The notes: a model not told the origin generated them from the sequence alone. Positions 10,909 through 22,351 are shown, counted from the stretch's first letter. The stretch is 64,000 nt of DNA from an uncultured Muribaculaceae bacterium (GCA_964481005.1 CAYZRY010000002.1:3488-67487), one strand, 5' to 3'. Numbers and translations are program-made.

Positions 10909-11758
10909 GTTTATCACCTCCGATAACTTGATATGAGTCTGTGACTGAGAAAAAGGCTTTTCGATCAATCTTTTTAATTCCTTCGGTTAGTCTGTGGTAT
11001 CTAGATGTTGGAATAACGCAGAGTAGAACGTTTTGTTTATTGTCGGTGAAGGCTCCAGTTCCCTCAAAGACACTGACGCTTCTCTTGTGTTTGTGAAAAA
11101 TATGATTTTTAACTTCTTCTTCTTTAGAAGTAATGATATACACTGCTTTCGAAGAACTAATTCCAAGCACTACCTTATCAGTCATGACACTGGTAAGCCA
11201 AAGAATAAAGAGTGAATAGATAGCTTCTTTTAAACCAAAGAAATAAGCACTAGATAAAGCAATTAAACCATCACTTAGCAGTATTGCTAGTCCCAGTGAC
11301 ATCTTACCGTAGCGTTCAACTATCTGATTGATAACGTCTGTCCCGCCGGTAGTAAAACCAACCTTAAATACCATTCCATTTCCAAGTCCATCTAAAATAC
11401 CAGCAAATAAAGCTGCTAAAAGAAGTGAGCTTCCACTAAAATCGATAGCTCTGACAAGCGGCTCAGTAAGGGCAACAAACACAGGCATAACTAGACTTCC
11501 GACAAGTGATCCGAACGTTGCTTTTTTACCTAGAAAAATGCTACTGACAAAAAGTAATGATATGTTTATAACAGCTACCGTGACTGCTATGTTGTATCCA
11601 AAAGCCGCATGAATTATTAGTGATAATCCTGTCGCATTACCAGCCGCAAACTCATTTGGTACCATGAATGTGTTATAGGCCACAGCACAGATAAAAAGAC
11701 CTAATAACATATAGGCATATCGATAAATTATTTTCTTGTGCTCCCTTTTTATTCTCAT
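10901..11758 (-). CDS. YitT-family membrane protein, tandem paralog
   Basis: Same architecture as neighbour; C-terminus ..FFSVTDSYQVIGGD. Confidence 0.7.
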   Translation of the reverse strand: MRIKREHKKIIYRYAYMLLGLFICAVAYNTFMVPNEFAAGNATGLSLIIHAAFGYNIAVTVAVINISLLFVSSIFLGKKATFGSLVGSLVMPVFVALTEPLVRAIDFSGSSLLLAALFAGILDGLGNGMVFKVGFTTGGTDVINQIVERYGKMSLGLAILLSDGLIALSSAYFFGLKEAIYSLFILWLTSVMTDKVVLGISSSKAVYIITSKEEEVKNHIFHKHKRSVSVFEGTGAFTDNKQNVLLCVIPTSRYHRLTEGIKKIDRKAFFSVTDSYQVIGGDKHV

Positions 11759-11760
11759 TC

Positions 11761-12837
11761 TTATCCTCTTAGTTCGGCTTCGATAAAGATATCTAAATCA
11801 CCATCTAAAACGCGATCGACATTGCTAGTCTCTGTTTTATTACGATGATCTTTGACCATCGAATACGGATGCATGACATAACTTCTTATCTGTGAACCAA
11901 AATCAATGTTCTTAACATTCCCTTTAATTTTGGAAAATTCTTCTTTTTTCTTTTCCTCTTCAAGTAAGTATAACTTATTTTTAAGCATCTTCATACACTG
12001 TTCTTTATTTTGTATCTGACTACGTTCATTTTGACAAGTTACAACTATTCCGGTTGGCAAGTGGGTAATTCTAACAGCACTATCTGTCGTGTTAACTCCT
12101 TGTCCTCCCTTTCCACTAGATCTAAAGACATCTATTCTAATATCTTTATCATTTATCTCTACTTCGATACTATCGTCAAGCTCTGGCATGATATCAACTG
12201 ATGCAAACGATGTATGACGACGTTTATTGGAATCAAATGGGGAAATTCTAACTAAGCGATGAATCCCCTTTTCATTTTTTAAGTATCCATAACTGTACTT
12301 ACCCTTAATATACATTGTAACAGTCTTCAAACCTGCTTCATCTCCTGGTAAATAGTCGAGAATATCATATTTATAATTATTTTTTTCACAGTATCTAGAA
12401 TACATTCTAAAAAGCATTTCAGCCCAATCACAAGCCTCTGTTCCTCCAGCTCCACTGTGAATCTCAAGAAAGCAATTACCACGGTCATATTCACCATCTA
12501 ATAACATAGCTATCTCTAGTTGATCCATTCTTTTCATTAGCGATTTAACTGAACTACTAATTGTTTCATCTATTTCAACACCCATATTTATGAGTTCTAA
12601 ACTATCATCTATTTCACTTTTTAGTTCATTGATTGAAACAGTTATATTCTTTAAATCATTCAGTTGCTCTATAACCTTGTTAGCTTCTTCTTTATCATCC
12701 CAAAAATTGGCAGAACTCATTCTCTCTTCGAGCTTAGCTACTTCCATATTCTTATTATCTATATCAAAAGAAATCCAAAGCTTTTCAAGCTTTTCTTTAA
12801 TCTCTTCTAAATTTTTAATAATTACTTGTTCTTCCAT
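11761..12837 (-). CDS. prfB: peptide chain release factor 2
   Basis: 358 aa; GGQ motif ([15 protein letters not shown]), SPF motif (RISPFDS). Single uninterrupted frame from Met. Confidence 0.92.
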   Translation of the reverse strand: MEEQVIIKNLEEIKEKLEKLWISFDIDNKNMEVAKLEERMSSANFWDDKEEANKVIEQLNDLKNITVSINELKSEIDDSLELINMGVEIDETISSSVKSLMKRMDQLEIAMLLDGEYDRGNCFLEIHSGAGGTEACDWAEMLFRMYSRYCEKNNYKYDILDYLPGDEAGLKTVTMYIKGKYSYGYLKNEKGIHRLVRISPFDSNKRRHTSFASVDIMPELDDSIEVEINDKDIRIDVFRSSGKGGQGVNTTDSAVRITHLPTGIVVTCQNERSQIQNKEQCMKMLKNKLYLLEEEKKKEEFSKIKGNVKNIDFGSQIRSYVMHPYSMVKDHRNKTETSNVDRVLDGDLDIFIEAELRG

Positions 12838-12903
12838 ATAATACCTATAATAATTATAGAGATAAAAACAAAAAAAATCTACTTTTAAGTAGATTTTTCT
12901 TTA

Positions 12904-14295
12904 TTAGATTATAACGTTTCTTGCAAGTAGCATGAATACTAGTATTAATACAAGTAATGCTATTAGGAATTTCCATACTGACTTAATGTATTTAGTGTAT
13001 GAAACTTCTAAGTAGCTTAATGTCGCAATTAAAGTGACACTTGTTGGTACTACTAACATTGAGAAACCATAGATTGCTTGCCAGTTTAATCCAGCAACTT
13101 GTAGTGTCTTTCCACTATCTAACACTGATGTTACATATGGAAGAACAGCTTGTGACGAATATAGAATATCCGAAGCAAACAAGTTAGAGATTAATCCTGC
13201 TAAGCTTAGCGTAAACACATTTAGTGCTTTTGAATTGAGCATTCCCTTAACCATAGTAAGAGTTATTGGATGATATACAGAAATCATTAAGATTACATAT
13301 ATTGCAAGAACTAATACTGCTGGTTTAAGTGCCTTTTTCATTCCATCAACATATCCATCGATGAAATCATCAAGAGTAACTCTTGAAAGAAGTCCAACTA
13401 GAATAGTTGCTAGGAATATTAAATGTGGTGCATTTTGGATTTGCCAATTACCAAATGGTGCAGCTGCTCCAAAAATATCTTTAAAGATGGTTACTTTACC
13501 TATTTTGAATTCATTCATGTTCTTAACTAAATCGTTAAAGAATGTAACTCCAAAATATTGTTCCCAACTAAGATATGCAAGTACAAATATAATAAATGTT
13601 AGAGCAAATGTTAAAACAATTGGCCAGCATTTTGCTTTCTTTGGACCTGCTTCTGGTAAAACTACATCTTTAGCCTTAGCATCGTAATACTTTTCTCCTC
13701 TTTTAACAGTGAAGATTGTAAGAAGTGCTACAGCTAGGATAAGTAGTGCTACCTTCCACCATAATAGTGATGTCTTTTCTAGCATAAGTAATTGATTAAT
13801 TACACCAATGTTAGAAACTGATAGAGTTGATCCTATGTAACCAACCATAACTGCTCCAACTGTTGCTAGAACGGCTGTTATCTTATCGTATCCAACAGCT
13901 AGGACAAGTGTTATTGCAAATGGGAAGAAGAATAGTAAGACAAGTGATTGTCCTACAAGTGAACTAAGTAGTGCAAATAGCGCTATCATCACTGTAAGGA
14001 AAATCCATCTTGGTCTAGACTTAATGCTCTTAACAAGTTTATCAATTAAGTTACGATAACTTTTTGTCTTGAAAAGAACACCGTAGAATCCTCCAATTGC
14101 AAATAGTAAAAGTGGAACATATCCGAAGTAAGCAACTACACCAACAGAGTAGTTAAGTAAATCGAATAAACCAACTTTTAATACTCCTTCTGAGTTTAAT
14201 GTTTGGTTAAATGTTGTACCACCAATAAACCAAGTCAAGAGTACGGTTACAAACATTGTGATTGCAACCACTTTCAATAAATTGTGTTTCTTCAT
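12904..14295 (-). CDS. polytopic permease, YfcC/AbgT-superfamily-like
   Basis: 463 aa, about 12 TM. Family assignment is a low-confidence guess from size and topology. Confidence 0.45.
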   Translation of the reverse strand: MKKHNLLKVVAITMFVTVLLTWFIGGTTFNQTLNSEGVLKVGLFDLLNYSVGVVAYFGYVPLLLFAIGGFYGVLFKTKSYRNLIDKLVKSIKSRPRWIFLTVMIALFALLSSLVGQSLVLLFFFPFAITLVLAVGYDKITAVLATVGAVMVGYIGSTLSVSNIGVINQLLMLEKTSLLWWKVALLILAVALLTIFTVKRGEKYYDAKAKDVVLPEAGPKKAKCWPIVLTFALTFIIFVLAYLSWEQYFGVTFFNDLVKNMNEFKIGKVTIFKDIFGAAAPFGNWQIQNAPHLIFLATILVGLLSRVTLDDFIDGYVDGMKKALKPAVLVLAIYVILMISVYHPITLTMVKGMLNSKALNVFTLSLAGLISNLFASDILYSSQAVLPYVTSVLDSGKTLQVAGLNWQAIYGFSMLVVPTSVTLIATLSYLEVSYTKYIKSVWKFLIALLVLILVFMLLARNVII

Positions 14296-14342
14296 AATAT
14301 TACCTCCTTAGAATAATTATACAACAATAGCATATTATTTCA

Positions 14343-14366
14343 AGAAAAAAGATGATTACTCATCTT
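14343..14366 (-). terminator. rho-independent terminator after lysS
   Basis: Hairpin AAGATGA-TTAC-TCATCTT spanning the lysS stop, then U-run on minus strand (forward A-run 14344-14350). Confidence 0.5.
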
Positions 14367-15834
14367 CATTTAAAGGTCTCATTAGTGGGAACATGACGAC
14401 ATCTTTGATGTTGTCACTGTCAGTTAGTAATTGAACAACACGATCGATACCCATTCCCCATCCAGAAATAGGTGGTAATCCGTATTCCATTGCTCCGACA
14501 TAATCACTATCCATTGGATGCGCTTCTTCGTCTCCAGCAGCCTTTAAAGCAGCCTGCTCAATAAGACGACGTTCTTGCTCAACTGGGTTTACTAATTCAG
14601 AGAATCCATTGACTAACTCTGCACCAGTTACTACTAATTGGAATCTTTCAGTAATTTCTGGGTTAGCATCACTTTCTCTAGCAAACGGAGAAAGAGACGT
14701 TGGATGTTCAGTTAGATAGATAGGACCAACCATCTTAGGTCGTGCAACCTTTTTATATAGATAATCGATTAAGTTACCATATCCAAGATTTTCAACCGGA
14801 GTATCACTATCAAGTTCAATTTTCTTCTCTAAAATAATTTTAAGTAGCTTCTCCTGTGTATCATATACATTGATATCGATATCAGCATGTTCTAAAAGCA
14901 ATTCTCTAAAACTTACTTTTGGCCATGTACCACCAAAATCAACTTCTTTATCACCGATAGTAAACTTAAGTGTTCCATATACTTTTTGAATGATTGTTTG
15001 AAGTAGATTTTGAATAAAAATCATATTATCTTCATGATTGAAATATGAATGATATGCTTCGATCATAGTAAAGTCTTGTAAGTGTGAAGCGTCCATTCCT
15101 TCATTTCGGAAACATCTTGCAATTTCATATACATAGTTGAATCCTCCAGCTACTGCTCTTTTTAGATATGTCTCTGGTGCAATTCTTAGGTATACATCTA
15201 AATCCAAAGCATTATGATGGGTTACAAATGGTCTTGCAACTGCTCCTGAAGCTTGGTTATTTAAAATAGGTGTTTCAATTTCATAGTATCCATGTCCATC
15301 TAGAAAATTTCTAAGTTCTCTAATAAATTTAATTCTAGTTGTGAAACGTTTTCTAGTATCCTCGTTCATGATTAAGTCAACATAACGATTACGGTAACGT
15401 AACTCTGCATCACTTAATCCATGGAACTTCTCAGGTAGTGGCTTAAGCGCCTTTCCTAAGAAAGTAAACTCATCAGCTCTGATAGTTTTTTCACCAGTGT
15501 GAGTAGTAAACATTTCTCCTTTGATACCGATGTAATCTCCAATATCAAAATAATCTTTGAAGAACTGGTATTTTTCTTCACCAACAACATCTACTTTAAT
15601 AGATGCTTGTAGTTCTCCTTCAACATCTCTGATTTTAATAAAACTTAATTTACCCATCTGTCTCATAAAGACAATTCTTCCAGCTATGCTGACATCTTTT
15701 GTCTCATCCGCTAACTTAGCAGCCTCAACTAAACTGTGTGTAAGCTCATATCTCGTCGGATACGGATTACAATGTTCTCTAATTTTATCAACTTTATTTC
15801 TTCTAACAATTTCTTGTTCATTAAATTCTCTCAT
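14356..15834 (-). CDS. lysS: lysine--tRNA ligase (class II)
   Basis: 492 aa; N-terminal OB anticodon-binding domain; class II motifs (FRNEG.., GGFNYVYEI, GMGIDR). Confidence 0.95.
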   Translation of the reverse strand: MREFNEQEIVRRNKVDKIREHCNPYPTRYELTHSLVEAAKLADETKDVSIAGRIVFMRQMGKLSFIKIRDVEGELQASIKVDVVGEEKYQFFKDYFDIGDYIGIKGEMFTTHTGEKTIRADEFTFLGKALKPLPEKFHGLSDAELRYRNRYVDLIMNEDTRKRFTTRIKFIRELRNFLDGHGYYEIETPILNNQASGAVARPFVTHHNALDLDVYLRIAPETYLKRAVAGGFNYVYEIARCFRNEGMDASHLQDFTMIEAYHSYFNHEDNMIFIQNLLQTIIQKVYGTLKFTIGDKEVDFGGTWPKVSFRELLLEHADIDINVYDTQEKLLKIILEKKIELDSDTPVENLGYGNLIDYLYKKVARPKMVGPIYLTEHPTSLSPFARESDANPEITERFQLVVTGAELVNGFSELVNPVEQERRLIEQAALKAAGDEEAHPMDSDYVGAMEYGLPPISGWGMGIDRVVQLLTDSDNIKDVVMFPLMRPLNEDE

Positions 15835-16511
15835 TATTTTTTTACCTTCCTTGTTTTTGCTTTTTTAACTTCTTCTTTTTTTTCAGATGAGTTAACTTTC
15901 CACTCATCTTCTGTTTCAACTGTTTCTTCACTTACAACTTCTGTTTTAGCTAAGCGATCATGTAGACCTTGACCATTTTTACTAAATAGACCAATAAAAC
16001 AGATTACGAATATAGCTAGTTGTAAATAAGTTAAACCGCCTGATACTGATAAGTATGTCTTTTTTGTCGATAGAGCCAAGACCGCGGTAATGATTACATT
16101 TATGGCTACTCCATAAAGTAACATAGCTCTGATGATTAGCCTAACAAATGACAACTCCTCATCATTTGTAGGCTTAAGTTTTATTTTAACTACTTTCTTA
16201 CCGATAGTTTGTCCACCAGTAAATTTTGGTAGTATTGCAAAGTATATTATATATAGAGCAATACTTACATAGTTTTTAGTAATCATAAGTTTAGATGCTT
16301 GATAACTGATGTCACTTATTTGATCAAGTACAGCAGGATCTCTATTTTCAATATATGTTGTAAATAGTTGTGCTGACTTTTCAGATAATTCTTTAGTAGC
16401 ATCACTTTCAACAAAAACAGATGTCAAAATTGTGATCAAAGTAAAAAGAATTAGTACATCAATAATAAAGGCTAATATTCTTTTACTACTTAAATTCATC
16501 TGTTTCACCAC
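15834..16511 (-). CDS. RDD-family membrane protein with Lys-rich C-terminal tail
   Basis: TM segments plus GQTIGKK...GLHDRLAKTEVV pattern typical of RDD family. Confidence 0.6.
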   Translation of the reverse strand: MVKQMNLSSKRILAFIIDVLILFTLITILTSVFVESDATKELSEKSAQLFTTYIENRDPAVLDQISDISYQASKLMITKNYVSIALYIIYFAILPKFTGGQTIGKKVVKIKLKPTNDEELSFVRLIIRAMLLYGVAINVIITAVLALSTKKTYLSVSGGLTYLQLAIFVICFIGLFSKNGQGLHDRLAKTEVVSEETVETEDEWKVNSSEKKEEVKKAKTRKVKK

Positions 16512-17484
16512 TTTCTAACCGAGCCATATAGGCCGTTAATAACTGAATTATATCATTTATCTTTGTTTTTTGGTAGATGTTGTTTTTAACTTCGTTAGCC
16601 CCGGGCATACCTTTTAAGTAAGCTGCCACGTGGGCGCGCATTTCAAGTACTACTAATTTCTCATTTTTTATTTCTGATAAATAGGCCAAATGTTTTAAAC
16701 ACATTTCAATTCTATCTTTATATTCTGGTTTAAATTCTTCACTATTTCCCTCAAGAAAATTTTTAATGTTAGTAAATACCCAAGGATTCCCATAAGCTGC
16801 TCGTCCAATCATGACGGCATCAACACCGGTATATTCGAGCATCTTTTTAGCCGAAGGACCGTCTTTGACATCACCATTACCAATGACTGGAATGCTAACG
16901 TTTTCTTTGACTTCTTTAATTATATCTAAATCCACTTGCCCGCTATAAGCCTGACTTCTAGTTCGACCGTGGATACAAATAGCACTAGCGCCAGCCTTCT
17001 CACACACTTTGGCAATTTCGACAGCATTGATATTTTTATGATCCCAACCACTTCTAATTTTAACGGTTACCGGACAAGGAAGAGCATCGACAACTGCCTT
17101 TACTATCTCATAAACTTTATCAGGATTTTTAAGTAGAGCAGAGCCTGCCTGACTACGAAGGGCAATCTTTGGAACCGGGCAGCCCATGTTGATGTCTATT
17201 ATGTCAGGCCTCATCGTTTGATATATTGTTTTGGCAGCCTCGACAAAAGAATCTTTGTCACTTCCAAAGATCTGCTGAGCAATAGGTCTTTCACTTTCAT
17301 CCATGACAAGCATATCTAAACTTTTTTTATTCTTATAAAAAATAGCTTTGTCGCTAACCATTTCAGCATAGACTAAACCCGCTCCCATTTCTCTAGCGAT
17401 ACGTCTATACGCCGAATTACTGATGCCAGCCATCGGAGCTAAAACCACTCTGTTTTCAATTGTAAGATCTTTTATCTTCCACAT
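16486..17484 (-). CDS. dusB: tRNA-dihydrouridine synthase
   Basis: VLAPMAGISNSAYRRIARE N-terminus; catalytic Cys in INMGCP; TIM-barrel Dus family. Confidence 0.9.
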   Translation of the reverse strand: MWKIKDLTIENRVVLAPMAGISNSAYRRIAREMGAGLVYAEMVSDKAIFYKNKKSLDMLVMDESERPIAQQIFGSDKDSFVEAAKTIYQTMRPDIIDINMGCPVPKIALRSQAGSALLKNPDKVYEIVKAVVDALPCPVTVKIRSGWDHKNINAVEIAKVCEKAGASAICIHGRTRSQAYSGQVDLDIIKEVKENVSIPVIGNGDVKDGPSAKKMLEYTGVDAVMIGRAAYGNPWVFTNIKNFLEGNSEEFKPEYKDRIEMCLKHLAYLSEIKNEKLVVLEMRAHVAAYLKGMPGANEVKNNIYQKTKINDIIQLLTAYMARLESGETDEFK

Positions 17485-17507
17485 CTCAACCTCAAATTCA
17501 GTGATAT

Positions 17508-17540
17508 TATAACATAAAAAGAGGATTATTCATCCTCTTT
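17508..17540 (-). terminator. terminator after ftsH
   Basis: Hairpin AAAGAGGAT-TATTC-ATCCTCTTT spanning the ftsH stop codon. Confidence 0.45.
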
Positions 17541-19514
17541 TAATATTTTTTCTAACTCTTCTTTATTCATTTTGCTATATCCTTTAATCTTTTTAGATTT
17601 AGCAAGCTCTTTAAGTTCTGTTAGACTTAGTTCTTCATCTAGCTCTGGTGGCATTTTGCCGTTTTCAACTAGATAGTCAATTTGTTCTTTAGTAATTGTT
17701 TCATACTCTAGAAGTGCATCGACAATCAATTTTAACATATCTTGATTATCAGATAATATTTTGTGAGCTTTTTTATAGCACTCATTGATAATCTTACGAA
17801 CTTCTTGGTCAATTTCATGAGCTACTTCGTTAGAGAAGTTTTTACTCTTATTGTAGTCTCTTCCTAGGAATACTCCGTTTTCACGTTGTTCAAATTGAAC
17901 TGGTCCAAGATCACTCATTCCATATTCAGTAACCATTGCTCTAGCAATTTTAGTTGCCTTTTCAAAATCGTTGTGTGCTCCAGTTGTAACTTCATTGAAA
18001 CGAATTTCTTCAGAAACACGTCCTGATAATAATCCAACAATGCGATCTAGTAATTCACTCTTTGTCGATAGGTATGTTTCTTCCTTAGGCATCATCAAGG
18101 TGTAACCACCAGCTTGTCCACGTGGAATAATAGTAATTTTGTGAACATCATCAGCATCTTTAAGTTTGAGTCCGATAACTGCATGACCTGCTTCATGGTA
18201 AGCAATTACTTCTTTTTCATGTGGAGTATATTTTCTACTTACTTTAGCTGGTCCACCGATTACTCTATCGGTTGCTTCATCTATTTCAGACATAGTTATG
18301 TACTTTTTATCTCTTCGAACAGCAAGTAAAGCTGCCTCATTTAACAGGTTCTCAAGACCTGCTCCACTAAATCCCGGTGTTCTCTTAGCTACTGCTTTTA
18401 CTGATACATCTGGTCCAAGAATTTTATTAGATGCATGGACAGCAAGAATTTCTTCACGTTCACGTACATCTGGCAAATCAACTGTTACCTGGCGATCAAA
18501 ACGACCTGGTCTAAGTAGGGCTGGATCAAGGACATCTGCACGGTTAGTAGCAGCCATAATGATGATTCCTTCATTTACTCCAAAACCATCCATTTCAGTT
18601 AATAATTGGTTAAGTGTTTGCTCTCTTTCATCATGTCCACCACCAAGACCTGTACCACGTTGTCTACCAACTGCATCAATCTCATCAATAAAGATTAGAC
18701 ATGGCGCTGTCTGTTTGGCTTGTTTAAACATATCTCTTACACGGCTAGCTCCAACTCCGACGAATAACTCAACGAAATCTGAACCACTGATAAAGTAGAA
18801 CGGAACTTTTGCTTCTCCAGCTACTGCTTTAGCAAGTAATGTTTTACCAGTTCCTGGAGGACCTACTAACAAGATACCCTTAGGTATTCTAGCTCCAAGT
18901 TTTTGGAATCGTTTAGGATCTTTTAGAAAATCGATTATTTCTTTTACTTCTTCTTTTTCTTCTTTTAACCCAGCGACATTTTTAAATGTTGTCTTGTTAT
19001 TTTCATTTGATAATTCTGCTTTACTACGACCAAAATCCATCGATTTACCATTGCTATTTAATTGTTTAGTTAAGAACCAAAATACTAGTCCTCCAAGTAA
19101 AACAATCGGTAATAAGTTAGCAATTAGTAATAGTATCGAATTAGCTTCTGGATCTGCTTTAACTGTCAATTTATAACCAAGTTCATTTGCTCCACCTGTT
19201 TTATCTGTTTCAATTATATTTTTAATAACCGAGTCAGAAAGTGGTGCTGAAAGAGTAAAACTTTCATTTGTTTTATAGTTTTTTAACTTACCATTAATTT
19301 GGTATATAACAGCTCTTTCTCTTGGAACAATTACTAACTCAGTAACGTTTCCACTATTTAATTCTTTTATAAATTTGTCATAAGTAAACTTATGTAATTG
19401 TCTATTAAGTGCTCCGAACAATACGTATGTAATTAGTATTACTAATATTAAGGCAAAGTACGGTGTAAGACCTTTTTTAAGTGCTTTTCTATTCATTATT
19501 TCCCTCCTTGTCAC
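17526..19514 (-). CDS. ftsH: ATP-dependent zinc metalloprotease FtsH
   Basis: 662 aa; TM anchor, AAA module (GPPGTGKT), zinc motif HEAGHA. Confidence 0.96.
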   Translation of the reverse strand: MTRREIMNRKALKKGLTPYFALILVILITYVLFGALNRQLHKFTYDKFIKELNSGNVTELVIVPRERAVIYQINGKLKNYKTNESFTLSAPLSDSVIKNIIETDKTGGANELGYKLTVKADPEANSILLLIANLLPIVLLGGLVFWFLTKQLNSNGKSMDFGRSKAELSNENNKTTFKNVAGLKEEKEEVKEIIDFLKDPKRFQKLGARIPKGILLVGPPGTGKTLLAKAVAGEAKVPFYFISGSDFVELFVGVGASRVRDMFKQAKQTAPCLIFIDEIDAVGRQRGTGLGGGHDEREQTLNQLLTEMDGFGVNEGIIIMAATNRADVLDPALLRPGRFDRQVTVDLPDVREREEILAVHASNKILGPDVSVKAVAKRTPGFSGAGLENLLNEAALLAVRRDKKYITMSEIDEATDRVIGGPAKVSRKYTPHEKEVIAYHEAGHAVIGLKLKDADDVHKITIIPRGQAGGYTLMMPKEETYLSTKSELLDRIVGLLSGRVSEEIRFNEVTTGAHNDFEKATKIARAMVTEYGMSDLGPVQFEQRENGVFLGRDYNKSKNFSNEVAHEIDQEVRKIINECYKKAHKILSDNQDMLKLIVDALLEYETITKEQIDYLVENGKMPPELDEELSLTELKELAKSKKIKGYSKMNKEELEKILKEDE

Positions 19515-20830
19515 TCATATTTCAGTATTATATCATAGCTTTCATTTTTTTGCTTCACATTTTTAGACTTTTTAATCCCTGGAATCCACAGAATCTGATC
19601 ACTAGCATCGACCACAATAGGCCACTTGTCACGTTCATCAAGAGGAATCTTATTATCGATAAAGATGTTTTTTATACGGCGATGCCCACTATTTTTAAGT
19701 GATATCTTATCTCCGTGTCTTCTAGTTCTAATAGAGATAGGCATAGTAATAGATTTGCTGTCTAGTCGGCAGATATCATTACCGTTTGTTTCTATTTCAC
19801 TGACTCTTTTAATTCTTTTTCCGTTAGGAAGAAAAGCTTCGTCGATCATTTCAATCTCATAACTTAGGACTTCCTCTGGTAATTTACCAATAATTAATTT
19901 TCCATATTCTTTGCTAACTTTAAGCTCGTTAGGAAGCATAATATATGCATTAGCTTTACTAGATGAAGCTAAATCTATAATATTTTTAGCATGGACATCA
20001 CTAATTAAAATTAGATCATCATGATATATTTCTTCAAGTATGTAATGGATAACTCTCTCTTTGATTATTTCATCTAATTTATTGAATTTGAAAACAGAAA
20101 TTTCTGTTAAACTTCCTAAATTTTCTATTTCTCTAAATGTTTCTCTATCGACAAAAGCATCGTAAGATTCTAACACTCTACTGAATTTAATAAATTTTTC
20201 ATGAACATTGGCATCTTCTTCTTTTAAGAAAGGTACTACATGATTACGGTAACGATTGCGTGTATATTTATCACTTTGATTAGATTTATCAAGGGCATAC
20301 GGTATTTTGTTGTTCTTCAAATACTCTAATATTTCATCTTTGGTCACTTCAAAAAGTGGTCTACTAATAGTGTAATCATCTCTATCTATTTTTCTAGAAA
20401 AACCACTGTATCCCTTAATTGTTGAACCTCTGACAATACGCATCAAAACCGTTTCAATTAGATCGTCAGCATGATGAGCAGTAAAAAGATGTTTAGCATC
20501 ATATTTTTTAATTAATTTATCAAAAAAGTCATATCTTATAACTCTTGCTTCATTATGAAAGTTATCATCGCCATATTTTTCAATTTTCATCGATTCAAAA
20601 ACTATATCGTTTTCTTGGCAGTAAGCTTCGACCATTTTTTCTTCTTCAGCACTAACTGCCCTAACATTATGATTGACATGAGCACAGACAATTTTAATGC
20701 TTTTTGCCTTTTTAATACTATTTACCAACGACAAAAGTGCCATTGAATCTGGTCCCCCAGAAACTCCAATGACAACTGTTTCATCTTTTAAATTCAATTC
20801 TTTATCTAAGAAGCTTATTACTTTCTGCAT
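19511..20830 (-). CDS. tilS: tRNA(Ile)-lysidine synthetase
   Basis: PP-loop SGGPDS near N-terminus; 439 aa; immediately upstream of ftsH as in Bacillus. Confidence 0.85.
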   Translation of the reverse strand: MQKVISFLDKELNLKDETVVIGVSGGPDSMALLSLVNSIKKAKSIKIVCAHVNHNVRAVSAEEEKMVEAYCQENDIVFESMKIEKYGDDNFHNEARVIRYDFFDKLIKKYDAKHLFTAHHADDLIETVLMRIVRGSTIKGYSGFSRKIDRDDYTISRPLFEVTKDEILEYLKNNKIPYALDKSNQSDKYTRNRYRNHVVPFLKEEDANVHEKFIKFSRVLESYDAFVDRETFREIENLGSLTEISVFKFNKLDEIIKERVIHYILEEIYHDDLILISDVHAKNIIDLASSSKANAYIMLPNELKVSKEYGKLIIGKLPEEVLSYEIEMIDEAFLPNGKRIKRVSEIETNGNDICRLDSKSITMPISIRTRRHGDKISLKNSGHRRIKNIFIDNKIPLDERDKWPIVVDASDQILWIPGIKKSKNVKQKNESYDIILKYE

Positions 20831-20838
20831 TTTTTCTC

Positions 20839-21150
20839 CTACTCCGGTAATCTTATTATATACTCTCCGTTTGTAGAATAAAAGTACTTTTCACGTAGAA
20901 ACCTTGCTACGTACTCTGGATCTTTTAGTTTAGCTACATCTGTAACTAACTGTGTTTCTTCTTTACGCAAACTATTTAAATTTTTGCTTAGTGTTTCTTT
21001 TTCTTTTTCTTTTTCATAAATACTTAGCCAGGTTTTACTGACTGTTCCCAAAATGACCGTTATTAGGACGACACAAAAAACAGAAACAAGAGTCGATTTG
21101 AATCTTCTTTTAACTTTTTTCTTTTTTAAAGCCAACCCTATCACCGCCAT
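20839..21150 (-). CDS. septum formation initiator family protein (FtsB/DivIC-like)
   Basis: 103 aa: basic N-terminus, single TM, coiled coil. Confidence 0.6.
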   Translation of the reverse strand: MAVIGLALKKKKVKRRFKSTLVSVFCVVLITVILGTVSKTWLSIYEKEKEKETLSKNLNSLRKEETQLVTDVAKLKDPEYVARFLREKYFYSTNGEYIIRLPE

Positions 21151-21230
21151 TCTATATTAAAAGTATACTACGTTTTTAAAATTAAAAAGTCTTTATCCCA
21201 ACAATTTTTCTACCATTAACATAAATTGAC

Positions 21231-21258
21231 ACAAAAAAATTAGACATTGTCTAATTTT
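21231..21258 (-). terminator. rho-independent terminator after rpsR
   Basis: Stem ATTAGAC/GTCTAAT overlapping rpsR stop, then 7 U on minus strand (forward AAAAAAA 21232-21238). Confidence 0.6.
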
Positions 21259-21478
21259 GTTCTGTGAATTGAATTAAAGCTATTGCTCTAGCTCTTTTTA
21301 CTTGTTTAGCTATATGTCTTTGATGTTCACTACAAGTACCTGTTACACGACGAGGAAGAATCTTTCCTCTTTCGTTTATAAATTTCTTAATAGTTTCAAC
21401 ATCTTTGTAGTCTACTACTTTATCTTTTCCGCTACACATATAACAAACTTTTTTCTTCTTACGATAAAATTCTGCCAT
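21251..21478 (-). CDS. rpsR: 30S ribosomal protein S18
   Basis: 75 aa [21 protein letters not shown]... Confidence 0.95.
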   Translation of the reverse strand: MAEFYRKKKKVCYMCSGKDKVVDYKDVETIKKFINERGKILPRRVTGTCSEHQRHIAKQVKRARAIALIQFTEQN

Positions 21479-21492
21479 ATTAAACCTCCTTA

Positions 21493-21954
21493 TTAGAATG
21501 GTAATTCATCATCGCTTATTTCGATGCTTGATCCAAAGTCTGCGAAAGGATCACTTTTAATATCCGATCCAGCACTTGGAGCAAAATCACTTGGAGTAAC
21601 ATCAGCGAAATTATCATTACTTGCTGCCTTTTCACGACTAGCTTTAGTATCTAAGAATTCGACATTGTCTGCTACGACATCAGTGGTATAAACTTTTTTA
21701 CCATCCTTTTCGTAACTTCCTGTTTGAATTCTTCCATCGATAGCAACTTGGCTTCCTTTAGTTAAATAGTTTTTAACATTTTCAGCCTGCTTACGCCATA
21801 CGACAACATTGATAAAATCTGCTTCTCTTTCTCCAGCTTGATTGGTATAGGTTCTATTAACTGCGATAGAGAATCTAGCTACAGCGTTATTATCGCCTGT
21901 ATATCTAAGTTCTGGATCTTTAGTTAATCTTCCTATCAAAAACACTTTATTCAT
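21493..21954 (-). CDS. ssb: single-stranded DNA-binding protein
   Basis: OB fold N-domain [19 protein letters not shown], acidic tail ending DDELPF. Confidence 0.95.
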   Translation of the reverse strand: MNKVFLIGRLTKDPELRYTGDNNAVARFSIAVNRTYTNQAGEREADFINVVVWRKQAENVKNYLTKGSQVAIDGRIQTGSYEKDGKKVYTTDVVADNVEFLDTKASREKAASNDNFADVTPSDFAPSAGSDIKSDPFADFGSSIEISDDELPF

Positions 21955-21958
21955 AATT

Positions 21959-22249
21959 TTATTCCTCTACTTTAACAATTAAATGACGAATTACATTTTC
22001 ACTAATTAGTGCAACTCTATCAAATTCTTTGATTGAGCTAGCATCATCAGTTTCCAAAGTAATTAAGAAATAATATCCTGTTTTGTATTTCTTTACTTCA
22101 TATGCTAATTCTCTTTGTCCCATCTCTTTCATTTCGACGGTTTTGATTTTAGCATCAGTAAAGATTTTCTTCATGTTTTCTGCTTCAGCTTTGATTGTTT
22201 TCTCTTCTAAGTCAGGTCTAACAATAAACATTACTTCGTACTTTCTCAT
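21959..22249 (-). CDS. rpsF: 30S ribosomal protein S6
   Basis: ORF 21959..22345 trimmed to MRKYEVMFIV... start with AAGGAGGTG RBS; 96 aa. Confidence 0.9.
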   Translation of the reverse strand: MRKYEVMFIVRPDLEEKTIKAEAENMKKIFTDAKIKTVEMKEMGQRELAYEVKKYKTGYYFLITLETDDASSIKEFDRVALISENVIRHLIVKVEE

Positions 22250-22351
22250 ACTACACCTCCTTATGGTCTTTGGTCTGCACTGCAGACAAGGAGTACCTAA
22301 ATACTCGTTAGTAGTATAGCAAAATAAAAGATAAAAGTAAACCACTTTTAT

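Noticed and set aside
11761-12837. Programmed +1 frameshift in prfB
   Set aside because: I looked for it specifically. The frame is continuous (CTT TGG) and no interrupting stop is present.
18298-18798. 166-aa plus-strand ORF antisense to ftsH, and other listed antisense ORFs (5028..5213, 5426..5725, 27787..27969, 62326..62628 etc.)
   Set aside because: All lie fully inside well-conserved genes on the opposite strand. Their translations are low-complexity and there are no RBSs. They are typical antisense artefacts.
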